Below, in pieces: positions 28,453 through 39,565 of a DNA stretch of 64,000 nt (position 1 is the first letter of the stretch; each line of letters starts with the position of its first letter). A program made the translations under genes and the position numbers. Source of the stretch: Pseudomonas phage vB_PaePAO1-KEN19; the sequence record PP456878.1. One strand, 5' to 3'. The notes under the pieces were generated by a model, which was given only the letters and a program-made list of their open reading frames with translations, had not been told where the DNA came from and did not search any database.

Positions 28453-28849
28453 ACCATTCTTTTTCTTGAATGGTTAGGTTTGCTCCTGATAAAACTAATG
28501 GACCAAAACTTTTTGCTTTAAATAAAACGAATGGTCGACTATTAAGATTTAATAATAGGGTATCACGAAGGATATTGGTAAGTCCATCTACGTATTGATA
28601 CTTTAAACCATAGTCTAATTTATAATGGGAATTAACCTCTGGTTGAAGAAAAGCCTTTTCTTTTTTACCAGTGATGAGATACATCCGAAGACCTTTGAAT
28701 GAAAAGAAATTCTCATTATCAAGTGTGGTCTTCTTCTCTTTTCCATTAAACTGAAATAGATCAGGAAGCGGTGTATTACCGCTCTGATCTACAATGATGC
28801 TATCTACAGGATAATTATTTTGTACCCATGGGGTTTCTGGATTATTCAT
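28409..28849 (-). CDS. hypothetical protein (about 146 aa; start moved to MNNPETPW)
   Basis: The ATG at 28849 gives an 8-nt ATGAATAA overlap with the upstream gene stop; the longer ORF-track start would overlap by 59 nt. Confidence 0.45.
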   Translation of the reverse strand: MNNPETPWVQNNYPVDSIIVDQSGNTPLPDLFQFNGKEKKTTLDNENFFSFKGLRMYLITGKKEKAFLQPEVNSHYKLDYGLKYQYVDGLTNILRDTLLLNLNSRPFVLFKAKSFGPLVLSGANLTIQEKEWFEIVCDVIKSIKQR

Positions 28850-29603
28850 TTGAATTAGGCTCCACCCAATGAGGATCAGGTACAGGAACAATATGCACAC
28901 TGTCCTCTAGTTTATCTCGAAGATTAGGATCATCAGTCCATTGTAGAGAAAGAGTGTATCTCTCCTCTTTAGGCCGTAGTAGTAGGAATCCACGTCTTAA
29001 TGTATTCCAAGACATATTGGGCGATAGTAAACCACGCCTTTGTGTATTAGCCAATGAGGTAAGTTTCTTTTTATCCAATCCTACAAGGTTGACTGGATTA
29101 TTTAAAAACTCTTCCCATAGCTTATCCCACTTCTCCTGGTTAATTCCTTCTTTCCAGAGAATATGCCTATACAGATGGGCCATTGTAGTTGTAGCTGGTT
29201 TTTGATTCTTAAAAATTTCACATTCTTCATAGGGGAAATCATTTGCAGAGCAAGTTACCTCATCTTCAGTTGGATCGATATTGATCGTATAAACTGAATC
29301 AGGTTTTGATGTACCCCAAATCAGACGTACCTCTAATGTTGCTTTAACAGGTGATAAGAAATCAATAGCTTTCTTAAAGCCATCCCAACTCATTGTATCA
29401 GCTTTAAGTGCTTTATTAAGATTACCTTTATCTGGGTTATTCTTGTTATGTGGTTTTTGAAAGTATGCATTCAAACGTTTATCCCAAGCAAACTGTGTCA
29501 TATTACGCCACAGTAGTACTTCCCGGAAAACATAACACAAAACCCCTTCTGCCTGCCTTAATCCTTTTTGAGGATCGCTTAATAAGTCTTTTACAGATTC
29601 CAT
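28842..29603 (-). CDS. hypothetical basic protein (253 aa)
   Basis: ORF track. Confidence 0.5.
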   Translation of the reverse strand: MESVKDLLSDPQKGLRQAEGVLCYVFREVLLWRNMTQFAWDKRLNAYFQKPHNKNNPDKGNLNKALKADTMSWDGFKKAIDFLSPVKATLEVRLIWGTSKPDSVYTINIDPTEDEVTCSANDFPYEECEIFKNQKPATTTMAHLYRHILWKEGINQEKWDKLWEEFLNNPVNLVGLDKKKLTSLANTQRRGLLSPNMSWNTLRRGFLLLRPKEERYTLSLQWTDDPNLRDKLEDSVHIVPVPDPHWVEPNSNE

Positions 29604-29673
29604 CTTTTTTACACCTACGGTGAATTGATAATAAACACACTTTATATTAATTTATACTTGTATAGTCTGCACC

Positions 29674-30198
29674 TCATAGTAACTTAATAATTGCTCTTGA
29701 TAGTTCAATAATATCATAGTACATTCTATCCATCTGGCGCTGATATGCTTGATGGTTAATCTGTTCAAGATATTCAGTTTGTTGCCAAATTAAGTCACGC
29801 ATAGTTTCAATAGATTTACATACATCAATAAAACTATCATTACTGTTTATAAAATATTCATCAAGGTCAATTGATTTCCTGTCGATAAACTCAGTACGAC
29901 ACATTTCACTAATCTTTAGATCATCTTCATTTGCAATATGATCATTTAACCTAGTTAGAGCATCTAATAAATAACCAATACTGTAATGTCTTAGATAGAC
30001 AGGAACACCTATCATCTTCCTGATGGTCAGAGTTTTTAATTCATCCAGATTAATTAATTGCCAGAAATTATTAATAGCTTTTAATCGTTCTTCACCTGAA
30101 ATAATATCTTTATCTATCCGTTCTAATTCAGTTAGAAGTTGTTCTTTACCAACTTCCTTTTGGAAGCCCCGGAAATATTGAATAAGTTTCTTAAACAT
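29674..30198 (-). CDS. hypothetical protein (174 aa)
   Basis: ORF track. Confidence 0.5.
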   Translation of the reverse strand: MFKKLIQYFRGFQKEVGKEQLLTELERIDKDIISGEERLKAINNFWQLINLDELKTLTIRKMIGVPVYLRHYSIGYLLDALTRLNDHIANEDDLKISEMCRTEFIDRKSIDLDEYFINSNDSFIDVCKSIETMRDLIWQQTEYLEQINHQAYQRQMDRMYYDIIELSRAIIKLL

Positions 30199-30277
30199 GA
30201 TATAGGACCTATTTTTCAGATACTTAGCATATGGTAAGTATGTTAGGTATTACTATTACTAATTAGAGGATAATAAA

Positions 30278-30793
30278 ATGTTCCATGGTGCAGATTTATC
30301 TGATGAGCCTTTAGAAAAGAAATCATCAACTACAGAAGAAAAGGTATATGCTGATCTAGAATATGAGCAGCAGATACGGTATACACAATCAGTTAAAGAG
30401 AAAGTACTAAAAGCTGTATTAGAAAATACAACTGGTAAAGTACCTACTGATAAAGAATCAGTTGATATGATTCTTAAATTAACAGATTCAATGGATAAGA
30501 CAACAATTGCTAACCGTCGTATTCAAGTTGATTCTGAGGGTGCACGCTCTAACCGTGAACTTGCTGAAGGCTTTGCTGAATTCGTTAAGATGCAAATGAA
30601 CCGTAATCCATTAATACGTGATCCGAATGATGTCCCTGTAACACCACGTGAGATTCCAGATATTCCTGATGAGGAATTTGAGAATTACACTATTGAAGAA
30701 GGTGAAACTGAAATCGGTATCATCATGGAGGAATCCAATGCATTTATGGAGCGGATGGATGCTGCACGAGAAAAAGAATTAGAAAACGATTGA
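30278..30793 (+). CDS. hypothetical acidic protein (171 aa)
   Basis: GAGGA SD; upstream GGTATTACTATTAC motif; acidic composition. Confidence 0.5.
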   Translation: MFHGADLSDEPLEKKSSTTEEKVYADLEYEQQIRYTQSVKEKVLKAVLENTTGKVPTDKESVDMILKLTDSMDKTTIANRRIQVDSEGARSNRELAEGFAEFVKMQMNRNPLIRDPNDVPVTPREIPDIPDEEFENYTIEEGETEIGIIMEESNAFMERMDAAREKELEND

Positions 30794-30808
30794 TATTAAC
30801 GACATATA

Positions 30809-30829
30809 GCCCTCCCGTAATGGGAGGGC
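30809..30829. terminator. terminator between convergent genes: GCCCTCCC-GTAAT-GGGAGGGC
   Basis: Same hairpin family as 26302 and 36771. Confidence 0.55.
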
Positions 30830-30838
30830 GTTATGCAC

Positions 30839-31537
30839 TTAATACAAATCGATATCTAATACATCACCAACTGTATTTACGATTACTTCAACAGGTGGTA
30901 GCTCAATATTACCAATTGATTTCTTAATAACATTCATTTGGTTAATAACTTGATTATGATCAGATGTTACTTTAAGAGCTAATAGTCCAATAGCAGTTAA
31001 ACTTACGATTGCAGTTGAGTTATCTGAAATAGTTTCATATGCAGCTTTACCTACTTTCTTAATAGTTTTAAATAGAGTAGGTTTATTTTGACGAATTAGT
31101 TTTCGTTCTTTTGCTTTAGCTAGCTCATCATCAAATTCTTTATTAAAGCTACGGCGTTTACTCCAATCATAAACACCTGGTGAAACTTCTTCAAAATTGG
31201 AAGAGATTGCACCAAAATCACTAGCATGGCTAAACATCCATTTAAAGATAAAGCGATTAGAAAGAACCCACGCCTGTAGATTAGTTTCTGCATCGTTGAT
31301 TAGTTTAATAGCATCGCTTCCAGTAGCCACTTGGCCATTAGCTTTAACAAATAAAATCAGTCTTACAGTAGTACCATTGATTACTGTGTTATTCACATTT
31401 GCAATCCTGGTATAAATTTCTTTAATAATTCGCTTTTGTTTATCTAAATCAGCACCATTTAAACGAATATTAAATTGACGGTCTAATACGGCCATTGCAG
31501 TTTCCTCTAGGGTTATTGTACCTAAAGTATACTGCAT
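30839..31537 (-). CDS. hypothetical protein (232 aa)
   Basis: ORF track. Confidence 0.5.
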   Translation of the reverse strand: MQYTLGTITLEETAMAVLDRQFNIRLNGADLDKQKRIIKEIYTRIANVNNTVINGTTVRLILFVKANGQVATGSDAIKLINDAETNLQAWVLSNRFIFKWMFSHASDFGAISSNFEEVSPGVYDWSKRRSFNKEFDDELAKAKERKLIRQNKPTLFKTIKKVGKAAYETISDNSTAIVSLTAIGLLALKVTSDHNQVINQMNVIKKSIGNIELPPVEVIVNTVGDVLDIDLY

Positions 31538-31544
31538 GACCGTA

Positions 31545-31973
31545 TTATTTTAATTTTTTACATGCTTTATAAAACCGTGTACCAACGTACAAAATAAACC
31601 CGCCAATAACAGCAACTGATGTGATTGTTTCCAGCGGCATGCGCTTAGCGGGTTCTTCAATTGGTACTGTAACAGCTGGTAATTCAATTCTTTTCTCAAT
31701 AACTTTTTTACCAGTTAACTTATAATAAACATCTGGTTCTAATGTTATCGATTCAAGAATCTGATTACTACATGGATAGCGTGTGACGCCTCCATGTCCA
31801 TCTGCAACATAGAAGCTGAATGTATCGCCTACACGATGTAAGTCAACCACACTACCCATATATGTCATATGAGCTGGATAGAGTTCTGCCTTGACCTTTC
31901 CATCGTTGAATAAGTCAATGACGGAACTCTTCTTTAGCTCACCCATTAAGTTTGCTAAAGTGAATGCCGCCAT
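31545..31973 (-). CDS. hypothetical protein with a C-terminal transmembrane anchor (142 aa)
   Basis: C-terminus ITSVAVIGGFILYVGTRFYKACKKLK. Confidence 0.45.
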   Translation of the reverse strand: MAAFTLANLMGELKKSSVIDLFNDGKVKAELYPAHMTYMGSVVDLHRVGDTFSFYVADGHGGVTRYPCSNQILESITLEPDVYYKLTGKKVIEKRIELPAVTVPIEEPAKRMPLETITSVAVIGGFILYVGTRFYKACKKLK

Positions 31974-31991
31974 TAGCGATAACCCTATTAT

Positions 31992-32198
31992 TTAATCGAC
32001 TTGTTGAGCACTATCATCAATATCGATTTTATCTAGCTCATCAGTTAGAATATCTACTTCACTGTCTAGTACCGTATCATCATCAGCTACGGTGTCATCA
32101 ATAACGGTTGATTTAGAAACGGCCTTATATAGATTAATAGCGGCAACAGCGAGGGCACCAGTTGAGATAATTGCAGCTGCGATCTTTAGTACTTTCAT
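31992..32198 (-). CDS. small membrane protein (68 aa) with a poly-acidic C-terminal tail
   Basis: N-terminal TM segment KIAAAIISTGALAVAAINLY, then a D/E-rich tail. Confidence 0.4.
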   Translation of the reverse strand: MKVLKIAAAIISTGALAVAAINLYKAVSKSTVIDDTVADDDTVLDSEVDILTDELDKIDIDDSAQQVD

Positions 32199-32307
32199 TT
32201 TCTATTTTCCTAATCATTAAGTTTTAATAAGTATCCAATATAGATACATGTCTGTAATATAGATCTTAAACTTTTTTTAGTGTAATAAAAAAATTAATGC
32301 GATATAA

Positions 32308-32329
32308 ACCCCCTCCCGAAGGAGAGGGT
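32308..32329 (-). terminator. terminator ACCCCCTCC-CGAA-GGAGAGGGT (UUCG loop on the minus strand) followed by UUUAUAUCGCAUUAAUUUUUUU
   Basis: 3' of gene 32340-32735; same 3' flank as the hairpin at 6896. Confidence 0.6.
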
Positions 32330-32339
32330 AATATGTATA

Positions 32340-32735
32340 TCAGTATTCCATCGAAGTTAATACTCGATAATGATCTAATAGTAAATCAATAACAGAGTAA
32401 AAAGAATCACAGTTGAATTGCGTATCTATATTTGCAGATACTCCAGTAATACGATTGATAATATGGAGACACTTAATATCTCCACCACGTTGTCTGATAA
32501 AAACAACTGCCCACACTGGCCACGTACTATCTGGTGTGGTGTCTTGAATAACTAATCTGTAATACCCATCATTTACTGTTTCAATGGATGCTTGGATTGG
32601 ATCATCTGTATAAGCCGATTCTACTTGAACATATTGATCATTATAATAAAACATTTCCTTAATAAGTTTAGCACAGGCATGTAATGTCTCCATTACCTTA
32701 GCTGAACTATTTGGATTATATTGTTGATTAAACAT
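32340..32735 (-). CDS. hypothetical protein (131 aa)
   Basis: ORF track. Confidence 0.5.
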   Translation of the reverse strand: MFNQQYNPNSSAKVMETLHACAKLIKEMFYYNDQYVQVESAYTDDPIQASIETVNDGYYRLVIQDTTPDSTWPVWAVVFIRQRGGDIKCLHIINRITGVSANIDTQFNCDSFYSVIDLLLDHYRVLTSMEY

Positions 32736-32826
32736 GTCATTAACCTCTTAAGATATTGTATGCATAGTAGTAATATATATCTTAATTATTTTTTAGTGTA
32801 GTTGTGAAAACTTAGAGGAATATACG

Positions 32827-33003
32827 ATGCCTAGTAAAAGTAAAAAACAACATAACTTCATGGCTGCTGTAGCCAATGATAAGAAGTTTGCTAAGAAAGT
32901 TGGTGTACCACAATCAGTTGGTAAAGACTTTGTTGAGGCTGATAAAAATAAAAAGAGTTTTGAAAGTGTTTCACTTAATAGCACTTATAAAGATAGTTAC
33001 TAA
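32827..33003 (+). CDS. unannotated small Lys-rich protein (58 aa), DUF3008-like
   Basis: Absent from the ORF track (<60 aa); AGAGGAA SD 7 nt upstream; translation MPSKSKKQHNFMAAVANDKKFAKKVGVPQSVGKDFVEADKNKKSFESVSLNSTYKDSY; terminator hairpin immediately downstream; the N-terminal MPxKSKxQ...FAKK.G.P pattern resembles DUF3008 from memory. Confidence 0.5.
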   Translation: MPSKSKKQHNFMAAVANDKKFAKKVGVPQSVGKDFVEADKNKKSFESVSLNSTYKDSY

Positions 33004-33009
33004 TATAAT

Positions 33010-33030
33010 GCCCTCCCATTGCGGGAGGGC
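33010..33030 (+). terminator. hairpin GCCCTCCC-ATTGC-GGGAGGGC followed by TTATGTTGCTTATAATTATTTT
   Basis: Read directly; serves the small plus gene and, on the minus strand, the gene at 33046. Confidence 0.55.
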
Positions 33031-33045
33031 TTATGTTGCTTATAA

Positions 33046-35538
33046 TTATTTTAATACTAGATTTTTATTAAATACTTCTGGAGTACTAATATTAGCTGGA
33101 TCAAGTACAATAAATTCAGCTTGGTTAAATGCACCGTGTGTTGATTCAAAGTGGCTGATGAAGAACACTTGATTAACAATGCCATTTTCAATTAACCTGT
33201 TAATGAATGGAATAGCATTGGCTCGATGTTGTTCATCAAAAGTCCTGCTAAATTCATCTAAGAAAAGGGGCATGTCATCTAGATGTAAAAATTTCAAGAT
33301 AGCCATTCTAAAAGCAAAATCAACAATCTCTAATTGTGAGTCAGACCCGTATTCAATGTCCGGTGGCTGAACGTCACCACCTGCAATATGCATTGGGAAC
33401 TTATAATCCATGTCATCTTTGTCAACATTAGAAGGTAATACTTCTAACCTATAAGTCCAAATCTCATTGATGTATGCATTTACTAGTTTAACTACTCCTT
33501 GTAAGAAACCTAATAAATAGCGACCAAGAATACCACTTTTTGGTGATAATGCTTTTTCAAGAATAGCTAAATCAGTAGCCATTTGTTGTGCATGGTTAAC
33601 TTCTGATTCTAAAACTTTAATACGTTCTTCATGACGTTCCATTTCACTTAAACGGCTATGTACACTAGATAGTTCTAAGTTAACAGCATCAATCTCCGCT
33701 TGGTATGCCTTATCTACAAAGTTGTCAGCTGTATCCACTATCTTTTTAATAAACTGCTCCCACCGTTCAATAAAAGAATGATACTTATCTTCCCATTCAC
33801 GAATAGCATTACCAGCTTTATTGAAATGAGCTGCTTTTCTTTGTAAGTCAGTTGCTACATGTGTTTTATTATTAATTTCAGTTTCTAGTGCAGTTGTACG
33901 TGCCTTAATGAATCCTAATGCATCTTGATCCATCTCAGCAATAACACGTAGTCGTTGAGCTAATAAAGTAGCTTCCGCATGAGCTTGCTTAGAGACAATG
34001 AGTTGCTGCATTGCATCTCGCCAGTCTAATGCATCATTTATATATTTTGCTGGTGTGCGATACATTACGATATGCTCAGCTACATAGTTCCATAGCGTAT
34101 CAAATTCATTATACTCTTTCGTTAATTGAACGTAGCCATGTACATAACTTACATATTCATTGAAATCAGTCATGTACTGTTCAAGAACCTTGATCTCATT
34201 TGAACAGCTATCCATTGCTTCGTCTAACTTAGCTTTGCGCTCTTCTGCTATTGTGATATCTTGTTCACTAACACCAGGTTTAAATGAATGAGTGCACGAT
34301 GGACAAATAATAGATGCACATTCCTTAAATGAATTTAGGCGTTGATTAATTTGTAAATACATGCCTTCCATGGTTGAGTATTTACTTTTTAATTCTTTTA
34401 GCCTTTCTGCATTTTTAATAGCAGTTTCTTTACTTAAGTAACCATTCTCATTATTAGGAAATGTAGTGAGAAGTTTGATCCAACGATCTGAGAGATCAGT
34501 AAGTTTACCAGATGGATCACCGTTAACAGAAATGTCAACCAAAGGAAATCTACCGGTATACTTCTTATATTTACTAATAGCTTCTTCAGCAATGCGTGTA
34601 TGATGTTCATGTCTGTCCTTAAGTTCTTGTATTTCTTCTGGAGACATACGTTCAGCTGTATTCGGATTAGAGCTTTTTAATTCTTCTAATTCTTCAACTA
34701 AACGTGCAATAACTGCTTGTATAGATTTATATTCTTCAATCTTCTTATTATTTAGTTCTAAGAAAGATTCATACCCATCTACTTTAACTTGAATAGGTAA
34801 CATTGGAAATGACATTAACAATGAACGAGCTTCATCTAAGATAGAATCTAATTCTTTACGTGCAGTGGTTTCATCTCTAAAATGAAGGACACCTTTCTTA
34901 TCACGTGTTTTATAAAGTAAATCAATACGACTAACTAACCGTTGTTTCACTTCTTTCAACTGTGTCATTTCTGAATCATTCAATACCCCATGGTGTTCTG
35001 TGACCAATCGCTTATTAATTGTTTTAACAGTACCTTGCTGGTTAGATAATTCTTTACGTACTTTGTTATAAACATTAAATGCATAATCAAGGTTAACTAC
35101 AGACATTCTAGTTAACCATGCTTTACGTTCATTAGGTTTTAACTTTGTAAAACGCATCTTACCTGTCAACATTTCATGCAGTTCTCGGTTTAACCCGAAA
35201 TGCACCATTACAAGTTCTTCTTGTTCTTTAAAGGTATGACCACTATTTAATTCTTCATCATTACATAAAAAGGAATGATGTCCAGTGCCACGGTTATATT
35301 TAGAAATTAATTTATAGTCTTTACCATTTGCATGACAATGGAAATGTTTCTCGCCACCTTGCTTGAAGTTTGAACTGCTAGATACAACAGGTGTCAGTTC
35401 ACTAATAATAGATGATTTGCCAGAACCATTACTACCAAGTATAACCATCATCTGTTTGCTTGGAGTCCATTCAAAATAATGTGTATTATTGGCCATCAAC
35501 CTAGTATAGCCAATTAGCTTAAGTAGCTTGATCTGCAT
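33046..35538 (-). CDS. Rad50/SbcC-like recombination ATPase (830 aa) with a CxxC zinc hook
   Basis: Walker A VILGSNGSGKSS at the N-terminus; long coiled-coil middle with CPSC hook (about nt 34296-34310); C-terminal MPLFLDEFSRTFDEQHR plus FFISH (Walker B and H-loop). Confidence 0.7.
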   Translation of the reverse strand: MQIKLLKLIGYTRLMANNTHYFEWTPSKQMMVILGSNGSGKSSIISELTPVVSSSSNFKQGGEKHFHCHANGKDYKLISKYNRGTGHHSFLCNDEELNSGHTFKEQEELVMVHFGLNRELHEMLTGKMRFTKLKPNERKAWLTRMSVVNLDYAFNVYNKVRKELSNQQGTVKTINKRLVTEHHGVLNDSEMTQLKEVKQRLVSRIDLLYKTRDKKGVLHFRDETTARKELDSILDEARSLLMSFPMLPIQVKVDGYESFLELNNKKIEEYKSIQAVIARLVEELEELKSSNPNTAERMSPEEIQELKDRHEHHTRIAEEAISKYKKYTGRFPLVDISVNGDPSGKLTDLSDRWIKLLTTFPNNENGYLSKETAIKNAERLKELKSKYSTMEGMYLQINQRLNSFKECASIICPSCTHSFKPGVSEQDITIAEERKAKLDEAMDSCSNEIKVLEQYMTDFNEYVSYVHGYVQLTKEYNEFDTLWNYVAEHIVMYRTPAKYINDALDWRDAMQQLIVSKQAHAEATLLAQRLRVIAEMDQDALGFIKARTTALETEINNKTHVATDLQRKAAHFNKAGNAIREWEDKYHSFIERWEQFIKKIVDTADNFVDKAYQAEIDAVNLELSSVHSRLSEMERHEERIKVLESEVNHAQQMATDLAILEKALSPKSGILGRYLLGFLQGVVKLVNAYINEIWTYRLEVLPSNVDKDDMDYKFPMHIAGGDVQPPDIEYGSDSQLEIVDFAFRMAILKFLHLDDMPLFLDEFSRTFDEQHRANAIPFINRLIENGIVNQVFFISHFESTHGAFNQAEFIVLDPANISTPEVFNKNLVLK

Positions 35539-35587
35539 GATTAACCCTTAATAATGTCTTACTCTATAGAGTTAATAACCCTAGTAA

Positions 35588-36760
<1,173 letters not shown>

Positions 36761-36770
36761 AGAACATAAT

Positions 36771-36791
36771 GCCCTCCCACTATGGGAGGGC
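36771..36791. terminator. terminator between convergent genes: GCCCTCCC-ACTAT-GGGAGGGC followed by TTATGCTGTTA
   Basis: Same family as 26302. Confidence 0.55.
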
Positions 36792-36799
36792 TTATGCTG

Positions 36800-37987
36800 T
36801 TAAATACCTTCATTCTCATAATGAGTAATGCAGTGACTAACAAATGTTAACCAGACTTTAAGAGTTACTGCTAACCAATGGGTGTAGTTACCAACAGGTT
36901 CTGCTAATTTTCGGGATATCTCAGCGAGCATATTAATTGCCTCGCCATTTGCCCTTCCCAATAACTCACTACGTTCAGCTAGCTGTCGAATTGAATCATC
37001 TACAACTACCTTAACTGTTTTATATTCTACTTCGCCTTGTTTAGCACGTTCAGCGATCGTTAAAATATTAGCAATACCAGTTACAATATCACTTAGCGTA
37101 GTTACAGAAGGTACTTCTATATCTCGTTCAGTGCTATCAATTGCATTGATTTGTAACTCTGTAAATTCCATTGTAAATGTATTGCGAACCATTTCTAGTG
37201 CAGATTGTTTATTAGTAACTGATGTAGCTATATGGTCAGCATCAGTATAAACAAATGCACGATTAGCTGGTAAAATATAACTTCTATGGGTACCAGTAGA
37301 AGTAGTCTCACCTTTCTTTAATGGCTCATCCCCTGGCGGCGCTTTAAAATCACGACGCACTATATCGGCAAAAGATTGTAATAACTCATCAATGATTTCT
37401 GTAGTGGTATCTTCGCCTTGATTATCTAAGATATTCAATGCTTGTCTACTAATATTTCGAGCAATATTAGAAGTCATTTTAGGATAAGTCATTAAAATAT
37501 AATTAGTGACTTCTTTGATATCTAAAAGATTATCTGGTCGATCACCAATGAATTCACCGTTAATAGATAATCGCTGTAAACCAGAAACAGTCAATCGAGT
37601 ATTAGTCGTACGATTACCTAGTTTTGCAAGTCGCCTAGATAATTTTTGCTGTGTTTTACGCACATGTGAAATACTGCCAGTAAACTTGACGTAGAATGCC
37701 GTGAGTGTTTCGATTACCATTCGCACAATATCTCGTGCAGCCTTAGCAGCTCGAACTAATGCATCTTTTAAAGCACGTAGTGTAATTATACCGCCTTCTT
37801 TTATGGAGAAGGCGGGATCGATACTTTCTAAAGCAAATGACATCGCTTTAGACAGGTCTTCAGATGCTACGTCACGTCCATCTAGCAGATCTTGATAACG
37901 AGCTAATCGATGGCGATATGCTTCAACAGAAACAATAGCCTCTTTGAGTTCATTATTGGTAATTAATAGTTCTGCATATGTGGACAT
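36800..37987 (-). CDS. hypothetical protein (395 aa), paralog of the next gene
   Basis: AMSFALESIDPAFS and RMVIETLTAFYVKF align with AISIALESFDYKYF and RIVVETYQRIRQNV in the 522-aa neighbour. Confidence 0.5.
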   Translation of the reverse strand: MSTYAELLITNNELKEAIVSVEAYRHRLARYQDLLDGRDVASEDLSKAMSFALESIDPAFSIKEGGIITLRALKDALVRAAKAARDIVRMVIETLTAFYVKFTGSISHVRKTQQKLSRRLAKLGNRTTNTRLTVSGLQRLSINGEFIGDRPDNLLDIKEVTNYILMTYPKMTSNIARNISRQALNILDNQGEDTTTEIIDELLQSFADIVRRDFKAPPGDEPLKKGETTSTGTHRSYILPANRAFVYTDADHIATSVTNKQSALEMVRNTFTMEFTELQINAIDSTERDIEVPSVTTLSDIVTGIANILTIAERAKQGEVEYKTVKVVVDDSIRQLAERSELLGRANGEAINMLAEISRKLAEPVGNYTHWLAVTLKVWLTFVSHCITHYENEGI

Positions 37988-37996
37988 TATGTTTAC

Positions 37997-39565
37997 CTAT
38001 TCAGTTTCCTTGATTTCACTATCAACTAGTTTCTCAAGTACGGTGATCCAGATCATCACACATTTAAACAGATCATTACTAGCTTCAGTGGTGCCAGTTA
38101 GATAAGCCTTACCAACATTGGTTGCTTCTTTATCAGTCATCTGTGCAATGATTTCAGCAGTTGACTCTTTAGAGATACCGCGAATATTATTTAGATGATT
38201 TAGGAGGTTATGAACTGCTTTTAGCTGAGCCATAACAACATTCTTATCAACTAATAGTTCAACAGTAATTCCATAGTTGGGTTTACCCGGTGCATCAAGA
38301 ATGGAGAAGTCTACCGCAGCTTTGTCTTTACCAAAGGTATAAACACGATTACCGGGCACAACCGGGCTAGCATATCGGACACCATTAGCATTAATTTTGG
38401 TAGCTGTTCCAAACATACCTTTAGCTAAAGCCAGTGCTTTATCATCAGTTGTTTTTCCAGCTAAGGCTGCTTTAAGAGCACGCAGTCCATTCTTTTCAAT
38501 GCTGTCAAATAGATTACGGATTACAGTAACCCCCTGAACAGGGTCTACACCAACCCAACTCTCACCAGTGTCACCTAGAATCAGATCGCGTGGAATTGCG
38601 ATAGTACGAACTTCATCGGGTAGTTCATTCTCTTTAACGCGTTTCATGATCTTATTAACGCGTTCTATTTGATTACTGACATTCTGGCGAATACGTTGAT
38701 AAGTTTCTACAACAATGCGAATTAGCTTCTTAATGAAATCTAATGCAACAGTAGATACTTCTTTTGCTTTAGCTTGTAGATTATCTAATACTTCAATAGA
38801 AGCTTTAGGCCGAGTTAGCGGTGATATAAAGGATTCCATTGATGGCACAGTGTTATTAAAATATTTATAGTCAAATGACTCTAGCGCGATGCTAATAGCT
38901 TTAGCTAGATCATGATCGACATCATGCCCGCGATGATGGCGGTTACTAACTAAACCAATATAGTTTTCTAATGCAGTTTGAACAGATTCTACTTTAGTCA
39001 GTTCATTTACAATTGTAAACATTTCAACTGATAATGATTCTAGATGATCATCTAGTTCACCAGTGATGATATCTTCAGTAGTTTCCAGTAGTGCGGTGGC
39101 ATCATAGCCATGGTCTAGCTGCTCAGTCTCATTGGCTTCCATAATAGAAATGTCTTCATTCGATGGGACATCTGCAATTTGGTGTGGTTTTTTGGTACTA
39201 ACATTAAGATCTTTAGTATCACTTACTTTAGTGATCATTTCATCAGCTGTTTCAGTGATTTCGTTTTCAACACGATCACCTTTAGCTACTTGGAATTCTT
39301 TTAGCCCTTGACTAACATGAATCTTCTTATCATTGATCTTATCAGCAGTTCCATCAACATCTGGACCTTTGCATACGTCAATTGGGGTATTGGTAACGAC
39401 ATTGGTAACTTCATCACATGGATTTACTTTACCATCTTCATCATCTTTTAATTGTTCTGGTAATTCTTTACCAACATCAAGATTGACATTCTTATCTTCA
39501 GCATCAGAAACGCGCTCAAGACTTGCAAAGAAATCCATTGCGGGAACTGTTTTTTTCTTAGCCAT
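37997..39565 (-). CDS. hypothetical protein (522 aa), paralog of the previous gene
   Basis: See previous entry. Confidence 0.5.
   Translation of the reverse strand: MAKKKTVPAMDFFASLERVSDAEDKNVNLDVGKELPEQLKDDEDGKVNPCDEVTNVVTNTPIDVCKGPDVDGTADKINDKKIHVSQGLKEFQVAKGDRVENEITETADEMITKVSDTKDLNVSTKKPHQIADVPSNEDISIMEANETEQLDHGYDATALLETTEDIITGELDDHLESLSVEMFTIVNELTKVESVQTALENYIGLVSNRHHRGHDVDHDLAKAISIALESFDYKYFNNTVPSMESFISPLTRPKASIEVLDNLQAKAKEVSTVALDFIKKLIRIVVETYQRIRQNVSNQIERVNKIMKRVKENELPDEVRTIAIPRDLILGDTGESWVGVDPVQGVTVIRNLFDSIEKNGLRALKAALAGKTTDDKALALAKGMFGTATKINANGVRYASPVVPGNRVYTFGKDKAAVDFSILDAPGKPNYGITVELLVDKNVVMAQLKAVHNLLNHLNNIRGISKESTAEIIAQMTDKEATNVGKAYLTGTTEASNDLFKCVMIWITVLEKLVDSEIKETE

Noticed and set aside
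32199-32339. Possible small RNA: TTTTTTAGTGTA motif followed 40 nt later by a GC hairpin on the plus strand
   Set aside because: The hairpin has its U-tract on the minus strand, so it is the terminator of gene 32340-32735. The plus-strand reading lacks a U-tract. I keep only the motif observation, under the terminator-family finding.
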